From Candidatus Scatocola faecigallinarum (lineage in GTDB: Bacteria; Pseudomonadota; Alphaproteobacteria; RF32; CAG-239), in assembly GCA_018713605.1 (NCBI GenBank), contig DVOM01000027.1, positions 7,255 through 71,254 on the forward strand: 64,000 nt of DNA. The letters are read 5' to 3'. Made by a program: the position numbers and the translations under genes. How positions within the stretch are numbered: the stretch's first letter is position 1; each line of letters opens with the position of its first letter. Positions 56,249 to 64,000 of the stretch are shown piece after piece. The notes under the pieces are model-generated. The model searched no databases and had not been told where the DNA came from. It saw nothing but the letters and a program-made list of their open reading frames with translations.

Positions 56249-57712
56249 ATCTTCACAAGCTCCTATTTTTGATAGGAGCTTGAAGTTTTTATGCATTGAT
56301 ATTTCAGGATTTTTTCCATCCATCAAAAAGTTCGCAAAAACGATATTTAAAATACGCCGTTTTTCTTCAATTTGCGAACTTTTAAAAATCGCAAAAGAAT
56401 TTTGGCTGAAATTCAACACCTTATCAATCGCCCGTTCAACGGAGTTATCAGGTGTCTGCAATTGTTCAATTTTCGCCTGCAGCTCAATTTTAGCCGTTTC
56501 ATACTCGGCATTTTTACTGCGATATACTTCGGCAGGAACTGTTCCCGCAATCAGCAAATCCAAAAGTTTCTTTTGATTTTCTTCAACATCAGCTAACTGA
56601 TTCCGATTCTTTTCCAACTGATAATAGTTGTTGCCGTGTGTTGCTTCATAGCGTTTTTTCAGAGCATCCGCCAGAGCGAGTTTCAACTCATCATCAAAGC
56701 TGATTGATGCAAGAGCCTTTTCCACTTCTTTCAGCAGAATTTTCTCACTGATATTATTACAGTGTTCGCAATTCTTGAGGTCTGTATGCCGCAAATAAAC
56801 ATACTGCCCCTTCTTTGTATAAGGCGAAAGCAAACAACCGCAATGTTTGCAGCGAACCAGCCCCCTAAAGATATAGGGTTCTTTGGTATGCTTGGATGTT
56901 CGTTTGAACTTTCCTGTCCGCACTTCGGTGCATTTATCAAACAACTCTTTGGAAATGAGTTTTTCATAAATATGCGAAAAATAGCTTTTGTTGTAATACA
57001 TAACCCCATAATAAAACGGATTTTGCAGAATATCTGCAAATTGGGCTTTGGTAATCGGGTTGCCACTTTTTCGGTTTCGCAAACCCCAGTTTTTGGACTT
57101 TTTAACCAACTCGTCCATTGAAAATAACCCAGTGGAATACTCTTCAAATAATTTTTTGATGAAATGTCCACGGTCTGGGTCAATGATGATGGTCTTCTTG
57201 CCATTCTCATCCTTGGTATTTAAGTAACCAATCGGAGCAGGCCCTGGGAGCAATCCTTCATTGAGCATTCGCTCCTCAGAACGCTTAACATTATCCCGAG
57301 TTGAATTGACAAACATATTAGCCGACAAAATTTGCATTTGCCACATCGCAAGGTCAGAGCTTTTGAAGTTTTTATCAATTACCAAGCCTTCTTTAAAGAA
57401 GTGAAGAGCCAATTTTTCTTTTTTAACAAGCTCTAAAAGCATCGGAAACTCGTTGAAGGTTCTTTGCAACCTGTCTACGGTATCAACAACAAGAGCCGTC
57501 AGCTTACTTTGCCGTTTAATGTAATTAACGGCTTCGTAAAACTTAGTCCTCTTACCGTGGAATGAACTTTCAACAAAAGTAAATTCTTTTGCGATTTCAA
57601 GCCCTTTGATTGAACAATAGTTTCTCAACCTGTCCAATTGTGCATCCAATGAGAACCCATCTTCCTGCATCTCGGTGGAAACCCGAGCCAAAATAACCGC
57701 TTTCATATCCAT
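56207..57712 (-). CDS. Large serine recombinase (integrase)
   Basis: 501 aa. Resolvase catalytic domain (AVILARVSTEMQ), a recombinase domain, a zinc ribbon (CKHCGC...CEHC) and a coiled coil. The last 14 codons are antisense to the tRNA-Leu 3' end. Confidence 0.9.
   Translation of the reverse strand: MDMKAVILARVSTEMQEDGFSLDAQLDRLRNYCSIKGLEIAKEFTFVESSFHGKRTKFYEAVNYIKRQSKLTALVVDTVDRLQRTFNEFPMLLELVKKEKLALHFFKEGLVIDKNFKSSDLAMWQMQILSANMFVNSTRDNVKRSEERMLNEGLLPGPAPIGYLNTKDENGKKTIIIDPDRGHFIKKLFEEYSTGLFSMDELVKKSKNWGLRNRKSGNPITKAQFADILQNPFYYGVMYYNKSYFSHIYEKLISKELFDKCTEVRTGKFKRTSKHTKEPYIFRGLVRCKHCGCLLSPYTKKGQYVYLRHTDLKNCEHCNNISEKILLKEVEKALASISFDDELKLALADALKKRYEATHGNNYYQLEKNRNQLADVEENQKKLLDLLIAGTVPAEVYRSKNAEYETAKIELQAKIEQLQTPDNSVERAIDKVLNFSQNSFAIFKSSQIEEKRRILNIVFANFLMDGKNPEISMHKNFKLLSKIGACEDWCPGEDSNFHYLR
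56256..56290 (+). terminator. tRNA-Leu terminator hairpin, lying inside the antisense recombinase ORF
   Basis: CAAGCTCCTAT-TTTTG-ATAGGAGCTTG (11-bp stem), then AAGTTTTT. Confidence 0.6.
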
Positions 57713-57997
57713 AGCTCCTAATTCTTCTGCAGTTCAAGTTCTAACAATAACATCAGTAGTTGGAAAATATCTTCTCCAACTTCAATCATTTTTTTAGGAT
57801 TTTTATCTTGGTAATTTGTGCAAATCATAGTTATCCCCTATACGAGTTGAAACTATATTTGCAATTCTGACTATAAATATGGATATGTATTTTAGGAATA
57901 GAGGATAAAACCACCTCAATGAATAATGAGATATTACCTTAAAAGTTTTCAAAAGTCAAATTTCTGCGAACTTTTTTTATTAAATAAAATCAGCACA

Positions 57998-58207
57998 TTA
58001 CACAGCATCATCAAAAAAATAAATTTTCGGGTTATTTTGATAAATAAAATTATCAGAATAATTTTGCATCGCCCAAAGCTGATATGATATTATTTTGCCA
58101 TCAGCAACAGATACCGATAATCTAAACCTTTTATTGGTATAAGGTTTGATAGGAGAAAAGGAATTCCCCTGTTGTTGCTGATAGTTAGACAAGCGTAAGA
58201 AGAGCAT
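57998..58207 (-). CDS. Hypothetical small protein (doubtful)
   Basis: 69 aa ORF in an AT-rich spacer. No recognisable motif or clear RBS. Confidence 0.2.
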   Translation of the reverse strand: MLFLRLSNYQQQQGNSFSPIKPYTNKRFRLSVSVADGKIISYQLWAMQNYSDNFIYQNNPKIYFFDDAV

Positions 58208-58348
58208 AAGACGAGTATTAGAATGAGAAAGAATGTTTAATAACTACTTTCTCAATTATTTATACCACAATCTATCACAGTAACTAAATGGCTAAAAACT
58301 AGCCATAAATCTAACCATATTTAAAACTTAATTATTATAGAGGACAAA

Positions 58349-58903
58349 ATGAGTGAAAAAATATTTAAAAATAGAATAACACAAGAAACTCCCAATACCA
58401 TAAAACAATTAAAATCTCTCTGGATAGATATGAGTTCTGATAAACAATTGGCACCAAACACCCCAAACGGATTATTTGCATTTACCTTAAATCCAAATAA
58501 TTTTGTAGATGCGGTAAAATTAGAGACAGATTTTAAATCAATTTTATCTCACTACTATCATTGGAGATACGGTTCAAAATGGAGAAAATTAAAACACATA
58601 CAAGTTCCATTTCAAGGGATTATAGAAAAACAATCCAATGGTATAAATCATATTCATATCACTATATATCAATATAATATAGAAGAATTGGCTTTGTTTG
58701 TGGGGTATATTATAAGAATGTTCAAATCTCTATATATCAAAACATCATACAAAATAAAGAAGATTTACAATATTGATGGTTGGCATAACTATACATCCCC
58801 ATTTCCTACCAATAAGGACAAATTCATCAGTAAGCATAGAATTGAAGCTCCTACTTATATCTGCTCAGATTTGTTTAATTCACAATTATCTACTCCCAAC
58901 TGA
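58349..58903 (+). CDS. HUH-motif protein, possible Rep/relaxase-like (YagK/YfjJ, inovirus Gp2-like) protein
   Basis: 184 aa. FAFTLNP (motif-1-like), NHIHITIY (HUH-like), Tyr/Lys-rich YIKTSYKIKK. AGAGGA RBS. Confidence 0.35.
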   Translation: MSEKIFKNRITQETPNTIKQLKSLWIDMSSDKQLAPNTPNGLFAFTLNPNNFVDAVKLETDFKSILSHYYHWRYGSKWRKLKHIQVPFQGIIEKQSNGINHIHITIYQYNIEELALFVGYIIRMFKSLYIKTSYKIKKIYNIDGWHNYTSPFPTNKDKFISKHRIEAPTYICSDLFNSQLSTPN

Positions 58904-58934
58904 TAAATATAATTATCACAAACAAGGAGATTTG

Positions 58935-59207
58935 ATGAATAACAATAAGAGAAATCAATATTTAGAAATGTTCCTAAACATTGCAGATGAATTGTTACAA
59001 GAACAAAAAATAAAAAGTAGAAGAGATTTTAGCACCAGATATTTGAATAGATGTAGTAATTATTTGGGCTCTCTGGTATGGCAAAATAAAAAGCCAAGCA
59101 TTTCTTCAAGTTGGGCTTTATTTGTAAATTTAAATAGAAAAAAGCAACTTCCCCATTGGCAGGAACAATTATCAAAAACCTTATATGATATGGCGTTAAA
59201 GGATTAA
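58935..59207 (+). CDS. Hypothetical small protein
   Basis: Start at MNNNKRNQ with AAGGAGA upstream. 90 aa. Tightly packed between island genes. Confidence 0.4.
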   Translation: MNNNKRNQYLEMFLNIADELLQEQKIKSRRDFSTRYLNRCSNYLGSLVWQNKKPSISSSWALFVNLNRKKQLPHWQEQLSKTLYDMALKD

Positions 59208-59209
59208 AA

Positions 59210-59875
59210 ATGAGAGAAGATATAGTTTTTGAGGAATTGATTGAACAAATAGACCTGATATTAAATTCATCTAAACCACTGCCTTATCATATGAAAGCAG
59301 AGAGGAAGTTGGCCGAAGTGCTTAGACATTTGCAGGAAATTCCAGAGTATGACAATTTAAAGCAATTTGAGCCTTTGTTTGATGTAGAGTCATTTTTGAT
59401 ACACTTTTTAGCTTCTGCTGATTACACGGATTTACTCAAAATAATAGACCGAAGCACGATGAAATTTAAGCATATTGATGACTATACTCATTTAATGGCT
59501 TTGGTTGTGAATCCCAATATTCCATTTTTTGAGAAAACTGTTGTGGTAGATAGAATGTTAGAAATGGGTGAAGGTATTGATGTAGTTAATGCGAACGGTG
59601 AAACAGCACTGATGATGGCAGTCAAAAGAAACAACAGAAAAATGATTGAATATTTATTGGAAAAGGGTGCATCTCCAAATATTCCTGATGATATGGGAGT
59701 TACACCATTGATGGTGGCAACTTTTAATGGTCAATTATACAATATGGCTCTTCTTCATTATTATGGTGCATTCGCAGGAGATGTTTGTGCTGAATATGAA
59801 TTTGATGCCTTTGATATAGCAGATATTACCCAAAATTCCACAGCAAAAGAACTATTGCTGGATTTGGCAAAATAA
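59210..59875 (+). CDS. Ankyrin-repeat protein
   Basis: 221 aa. The C-terminal half has ANK repeats (NANGETALMMAVKRNNRKMIEYLLEKGASPNIPDDMGVTPLMVATFNG). Confidence 0.8.
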   Translation: MREDIVFEELIEQIDLILNSSKPLPYHMKAERKLAEVLRHLQEIPEYDNLKQFEPLFDVESFLIHFLASADYTDLLKIIDRSTMKFKHIDDYTHLMALVVNPNIPFFEKTVVVDRMLEMGEGIDVVNANGETALMMAVKRNNRKMIEYLLEKGASPNIPDDMGVTPLMVATFNGQLYNMALLHYYGAFAGDVCAEYEFDAFDIADITQNSTAKELLLDLAK

Positions 59876-59887
59876 TAATTTCATAGC

Positions 59888-59915
59888 AAAACCAGAGTTA
59901 ATACTCTGGTTTTTT
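59888..59915. terminator. Bidirectional intrinsic terminator between convergent island genes
   Basis: AAA-ACCAGAGT-TAAT-ACTCTGGT-TTTTT. Confidence 0.7.
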
Positions 59916-59916
59916 A

Positions 59917-60519
59917 CTAATCACTCCATCCCATTCGTTTAATAAATCTTCTTAATGTTATTTTTTGAACACCCATAATTCTGGCGATTTGTGCTTTTGG
60001 CACTTTTTTATCCAATAAATCTCTTATTCTTTTTGTATTTTTAGAGAGTTTTAATTTTTTGGATTCTGCTCCGAAAGGGCGACCTAATCTCCGACCTGAT
60101 GATTTAAGATTATCCAGTGACATTTTGGTTCTTTGGGAAATCAGGTTCCTTTCAATCTGTGCTGAAAGTCCAAAAGCAAAAGCCAATACCTGTGATTGAA
60201 TGTCATTGCCTAAATGGAAACCTTCTTTAATGGTAATGATTTGACAGTTTTTAGCCAAACAAGTTTCCAAAATTCCCATAACTTCTAAAAGCGAACGCCC
60301 AAGCCGAGAGATTTCACAAGCAATAATCACATCATTTTCTTGCAATTCATCAAGTAATTGACCTAATTTTCTGTGTTTTAATGCTTTTCGTGAAGAGATA
60401 GTTTCTTCAATCCAACTATCTATTTTTATGCCCTTTCTTAAGGCATATTGCTTAATTTCATATTCCTGATGCTCTACCGACTGTTTTTGGCTGCTTACTC
60501 TGATATAACCATAAATCAT
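59917..60519 (-). CDS. Small serine recombinase (resolvase/invertase family)
   Basis: 200 aa. MIYGYIRVSSQKQ catalytic Ser, an ISRLGRS motif and a C-terminal HTH (KAQIARIMGVQKITLRRF). Confidence 0.9.
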   Translation of the reverse strand: MIYGYIRVSSQKQSVEHQEYEIKQYALRKGIKIDSWIEETISSRKALKHRKLGQLLDELQENDVIIACEISRLGRSLLEVMGILETCLAKNCQIITIKEGFHLGNDIQSQVLAFAFGLSAQIERNLISQRTKMSLDNLKSSGRRLGRPFGAESKKLKLSKNTKRIRDLLDKKVPKAQIARIMGVQKITLRRFIKRMGWSD

Positions 60520-60932
60520 CTTTTCCCCTTTTCATATATTTATCAGAATTTCAAAGAGTTAATAACAAATAGAAGGTCATTTTTATTGAACAATAAAATC
60601 AACCCTTTTTTATGGTTATTCGTTTTATCTTCTTTCGCTTAATTCAAAAATATATAAGTGGCATCAACGCAAGTAAAACCAATGGGTTCAAGGAGTTCTA
60701 TGTTAGGAAATTCATTTCTTTTAAATAGGTAATGGCTGACAAGAACACAATCGTTGGTTTGTGTATCCTTAGGAAAACATCTCTATTGTGAACAACAGAG
60801 TAATTGAGGATACGGATTCCGTCACTTCCTATAATCAATTGGAAGGCAAAACCTTTGAAGTATATAAAAGGGCAAAAACAAGGGTGTTACGGTAATTGAA
60901 TTGGCGGATATGAAATAGAAAAGGAAAATATA

Positions 60933-63305
60933 ATGCGTAGATTTTTAGTTTTTTTTACAGCTGTTATTTTTTCTCGTTTTTTGATTCGTATCCATTTCTT
61001 TATAAAAACAGGCAATAAAAGGATGGTTATTCTTTATTTGTTGGGAATAATTATCAGCGGAGGTATTTTAATTTCTTTTTTTACGAGCGGAAATTATAGT
61101 TCAGAAAATTCTTCTGTTGATAGTACATCGTATGTAGTTGTTTCTAAGAAAAAATTTTCATCATCATCCGTAAAAGATTACTATAAATTGATTTGGACTG
61201 AGCTTAATAATGGTAATGATATTAACGCCAATGACTTAGATGCTGTATTAGTTTATTTTAAAGAGGTAGAAAATTTTAAAAAAAATATTCAAGAAATATT
61301 TAATCAATTACCATCTGCGGAAAGAATAGAAATTTTTGCAGCTTTATTTGATGAACTGAATAAGCATCAGTTATTTACAGTAAGTTCCTTCTATTTAGAA
61401 GAAAAATTAAAAGAAAATAGCTGGGGACAAGACATTATATACCTCACGCCTAATGGACTACCAATAAACATTTCAGAAAAAGAGTTAGATATTAAAAATT
61501 ATGGAATGAAAAGAGGAATGCTAAGTTGTCGGCTGTATCCTCCATACACAAATTTTATAGTTCATAAACTTGCTGCATTAGGAAATATTGCTTATTCATA
61601 CAACGATTTGAAAGCTAACTACTATCATAAATTTGAAAAAATAATAATGGCTGCCGAAAATAAAGTTGCTAATAAATATCAAAGTTTTTACAAAAATTTT
61701 GATAATAAGAGTGAAAAAGAACAATTCTATTTTTGTTCAGGATTAAGCGTCGCAACACTTGATATTACAAACCCGCCTGTTCTCGCTCCCCATAGGATTC
61801 TAGGTAGAGATGCAAATTACGCAGAATTAATGCGAATCTATAAAAATCCAGAATTTGTTCAAATGACTATGAGACAGGATGAGGAAAATTTGAAACGTCT
61901 TGATAGGCAGGTAAGACAAACAATGGAAAGTAGAATTGCTCAATACTTTGGTTGGGGAATAACCCAATATGGAAGTATTTCAGATACAGATTTTGATATT
62001 GTTGATGAAGGAAGATTGGCTGCATATTTTGATGCAGATATTAGACAAGATAAAAAACAGATTGAAAAGTGCAAAAATATTTTTAATAAGATTCCTGCTC
62101 AATCAGAAAAAGTACTAGAAAATAAGGGATTTCCTTATGTTGATAGATTCTTAGAAAAATATTGTCAGAAACTACTTAAATCAGAGCTGGGATTAAGATA
62201 TTATTTTACTAAACCGCAATCTCTTCAACAAGCTTCATCACAAACGACATATGGTTTGACTTTAAATATATCAAAACCTGTTTATGAAAAGGGAGAAAAT
62301 ATTTCTTTACTCTTTCAATGGTACGAAGATAATGCCGATTGCAAAGTCTTAGAAGAAAAAGTTAAAGAAACTTTGAAAGAAAATCAGCTGGAAATTATTG
62401 AAAATGGATTAACTTGTTCCAAAGATGCTAAAGCAACCACAATAAAATTATCAGTTCAAGTTAAAGCATCAAATGTTGGCCAATATTCAATCCCACCAAT
62501 AGAACTTGAAGATGTTCTAAGCAACGGTATTAACTTCACCATAAAAGATACGAATACGTTAAAAAATTCTTTAATGTCAAAAAATATAAAAGGTATTAAG
62601 GACTCTTTATTAGCTTCTTCTGATTTAGATGAAATCAAAATTGACGGAGAACATCCTGTTGCTCATTTCATCAAAGATGATATGACCTTTGCTCAAGAGC
62701 TGATTAAATTGGGAGCTTCTGCGGATGTTATTGATAAAAACGGCTACACGCCATTGATGTATGCTGTTATTCGCCAAGATAATGATTTTCTTGATTTGTT
62801 GCTGAAGAAAAAAGTTTATTTAAACGAGGTTGATAAAAAAGGAAGAACCGCAATTATGTATGCGGCCATTAAAAATAATCTGTATGCCGCCAAAAAGTTA
62901 ATAGGACATAGAGCAGATATTTACAAATCCAAAGATGAGAAATGGACAGCCTACAAATATGCCAAAGAAATGAAACACAATGAAATTGCTGAACTATTAA
63001 AAAGCAACAAAGACCAAATAGTTTTACTTATTGATAACTGTGATGCTTGCAGAGCTAAAGAAAAAATATTTCATAAATTGACTAAGAACTATCCATCATT
63101 TCCTCGCTCTTCCGTCATAACGACAACGCCAGATAATGACAAAAATTCAAAAGAACATAATTGGAATATAAAATTTCCATTTGTGAAAATCGGAGATAGT
63201 AAAACACTTGATGGTGACGTTATGAGTGCCTTTCGTCCAGGTCATCGGCTTGATAATTGGGATGGAACGGAAAAACAATTGGAAACAATAATGTATAAGG
63301 ATTGA
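60933..63305 (+). CDS. Large membrane-anchored protein: unknown about 550-aa region + ankyrin repeats + C-terminal glutaredoxin/thioredoxin-like CxxC module
   Basis: 790 aa. N-terminal TM helices. ANK repeats (DKNGYTPLMYAVIRQDNDFLDLLLKKKVYLNEVDKKGRTAIMYAAIKNN). VLLIDNCDACRAKEKIF...FPFVKIGD resembles a Grx fold. Confidence 0.65.
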   Translation: MRRFLVFFTAVIFSRFLIRIHFFIKTGNKRMVILYLLGIIISGGILISFFTSGNYSSENSSVDSTSYVVVSKKKFSSSSVKDYYKLIWTELNNGNDINANDLDAVLVYFKEVENFKKNIQEIFNQLPSAERIEIFAALFDELNKHQLFTVSSFYLEEKLKENSWGQDIIYLTPNGLPINISEKELDIKNYGMKRGMLSCRLYPPYTNFIVHKLAALGNIAYSYNDLKANYYHKFEKIIMAAENKVANKYQSFYKNFDNKSEKEQFYFCSGLSVATLDITNPPVLAPHRILGRDANYAELMRIYKNPEFVQMTMRQDEENLKRLDRQVRQTMESRIAQYFGWGITQYGSISDTDFDIVDEGRLAAYFDADIRQDKKQIEKCKNIFNKIPAQSEKVLENKGFPYVDRFLEKYCQKLLKSELGLRYYFTKPQSLQQASSQTTYGLTLNISKPVYEKGENISLLFQWYEDNADCKVLEEKVKETLKENQLEIIENGLTCSKDAKATTIKLSVQVKASNVGQYSIPPIELEDVLSNGINFTIKDTNTLKNSLMSKNIKGIKDSLLASSDLDEIKIDGEHPVAHFIKDDMTFAQELIKLGASADVIDKNGYTPLMYAVIRQDNDFLDLLLKKKVYLNEVDKKGRTAIMYAAIKNNLYAAKKLIGHRADIYKSKDEKWTAYKYAKEMKHNEIAELLKSNKDQIVLLIDNCDACRAKEKIFHKLTKNYPSFPRSSVITTTPDNDKNSKEHNWNIKFPFVKIGDSKTLDGDVMSAFRPGHRLDNWDGTEKQLETIMYKD

Positions 63306-63308
63306 ACA

Positions 63309-64000
63309 ATGAAAAAAGTGCTTTTTTTAATGCTGTTTTTAACATCGTGTCGTTCATTAACAATGGAAGACTATCAAACCAACATATCTCCATTTAAGTA
63401 TCAGGATTATGAATTTACTCTAAATGTTCCCGATAACATTTATGTTATTACCCAAACTAATGTTGGCGAACGAGCCAAGATTGACAGCAAGCAAGAACAT
63501 TTGAAAACGGTCGCCTATGATGTGAATAGCGAGATAATTAATAAGCTCGGAAACGATGATAACAGCATTGGTAGTATCATAATTTCCCAAGATGTCCTTA
63601 ACCGTAAGCAAGGGACTTTGATGACTTTACTTGGGTCTTTCCCTTCTATTTTATCATTAGGAACACTCAATTTAATAGGGTATCCTTTCGGTACTGAGGA
63701 ATATACAGTACAAGTCAATGCTGTTGCTTATGATTTAAATGGAAAACAACTAAAAGAATATAAGGCAACAGCAAAGGATTGGAAATTTGTTGCTTGCTAT
63801 TATGGTTATGCTCCAGACCAAGTTCAGGCTGCTGCTTATTTGGCTGCCTACAAAGGGGGATTGGAATTTATTATTGATAAAATCAATCAGGATAGTGATT
63901 TGCATTCATTAATGCAAAAGAGAGCTCAGACAATAATGAAACAAAACAAGCAAATTGCACAAAAGAAAAAAGCGGAAGAGGCCAAACGCAAAGCTCTTGA
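63309..64000 (+). CDS. Lipoprotein of unknown function (3' end beyond the window)
   Basis: ATG at 63309, 3 nt after the preceding stop. Signal peptide MKKVLFLMLFLTSC with a lipobox. The frame stays open to the window end. Confidence 0.6.
   Translation, partial: MKKVLFLMLFLTSCRSLTMEDYQTNISPFKYQDYEFTLNVPDNIYVITQTNVGERAKIDSKQEHLKTVAYDVNSEIINKLGNDDNSIGSIIISQDVLNRKQGTLMTLLGSFPSILSLGTLNLIGYPFGTEEYTVQVNAVAYDLNGKQLKEYKATAKDWKFVACYYGYAPDQVQAAAYLAAYKGGLEFIIDKINQDSDLHSLMQKRAQTIMKQNKQIAQKKKAEEAKRKAL

Larger units (their letters stand above)
56249..64000. mobile_element. AT-rich integrated island at tRNA-Leu(CAG); right end beyond the window
   Basis: GC drops abruptly immediately after the tRNA. A serine integrase sits at the junction. 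A second serine recombinase, an HUH-like protein and ankyrin-repeat cargo are present. Confidence 0.75.

Noticed and set aside
60520-60932. An invertible promoter or res/hix sites next to the small serine recombinase, upstream of the 790-aa gene.
   Set aside because: I found only short imperfect inverted repeats (ACACAA...TTGTGT, CTCTATTG...CAACAGAG). No matching pair brackets a segment, so the evidence is insufficient without comparative data.

Overview
The window is a roughly 50-55% GC (by eye) proteobacterial chromosome segment. The backbone synteny looks alphaproteobacterial: ruvC..ruvA-ruvB-ybgC-tolQ-tolR-tolA, yebC, prmA, pepP, aspS, rnd, xseB-ispA, queA, lgt, mltG-fabF-acpP, ldh, mtaB-ftsY-xseA and uppP. 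Three tRNAs are present: Thr-UGU, Gln-CUG and Leu-CAG. There is no rRNA and no CRISPR array.

Four accessory patches interrupt the backbone:
- 1-4326: an Avd-type four-helix-bundle gene and a secreted protein with a C-terminal lectin fold. Together they look like the target/avd half of a diversity-generating retroelement, with TR and RT off-window. A paralogous Cys-rich secreted protein and an unusual 26-27 bp GTCAT repeat/palindrome family sit alongside. This patch lies where tolB-pal would be expected.
- 8894-9484: a lower-GC orphan gene with its own terminator, next to an HD hydrolase, wedged between ruvC and ruvA.
- 15.6-29.9 kb: a glycan-biosynthesis locus abutting tRNA-Thr. It carries two methyltransferases, a HAD protein, a GT4, a GT29 sialyltransferase-like enzyme with all four eukaryote-type sialylmotifs, a GT2 and an FrhB-like/pyruvyltransferase fusion. 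Its plus-strand operon ends in a radical SAM enzyme, a short activase and a compact Cys-x-Glu glycyl-radical enzyme. I consider this last part the best candidate for undescribed chemistry. tRNA-Thr is followed by 2.1 tandem copies of a 201-202 bp unit that begins with the tRNA 3' end.
- From 56.2 kb to the window end: a very AT-rich island at tRNA-Leu. Its large serine recombinase ORF runs antisense into the tRNA. Cargo includes an HUH-like protein, two ankyrin-repeat proteins, a small serine resolvase/invertase and a lipoprotein.

All calls rest on the ORF track, motif recognition and manual repeat and hairpin inspection. No database search was possible.
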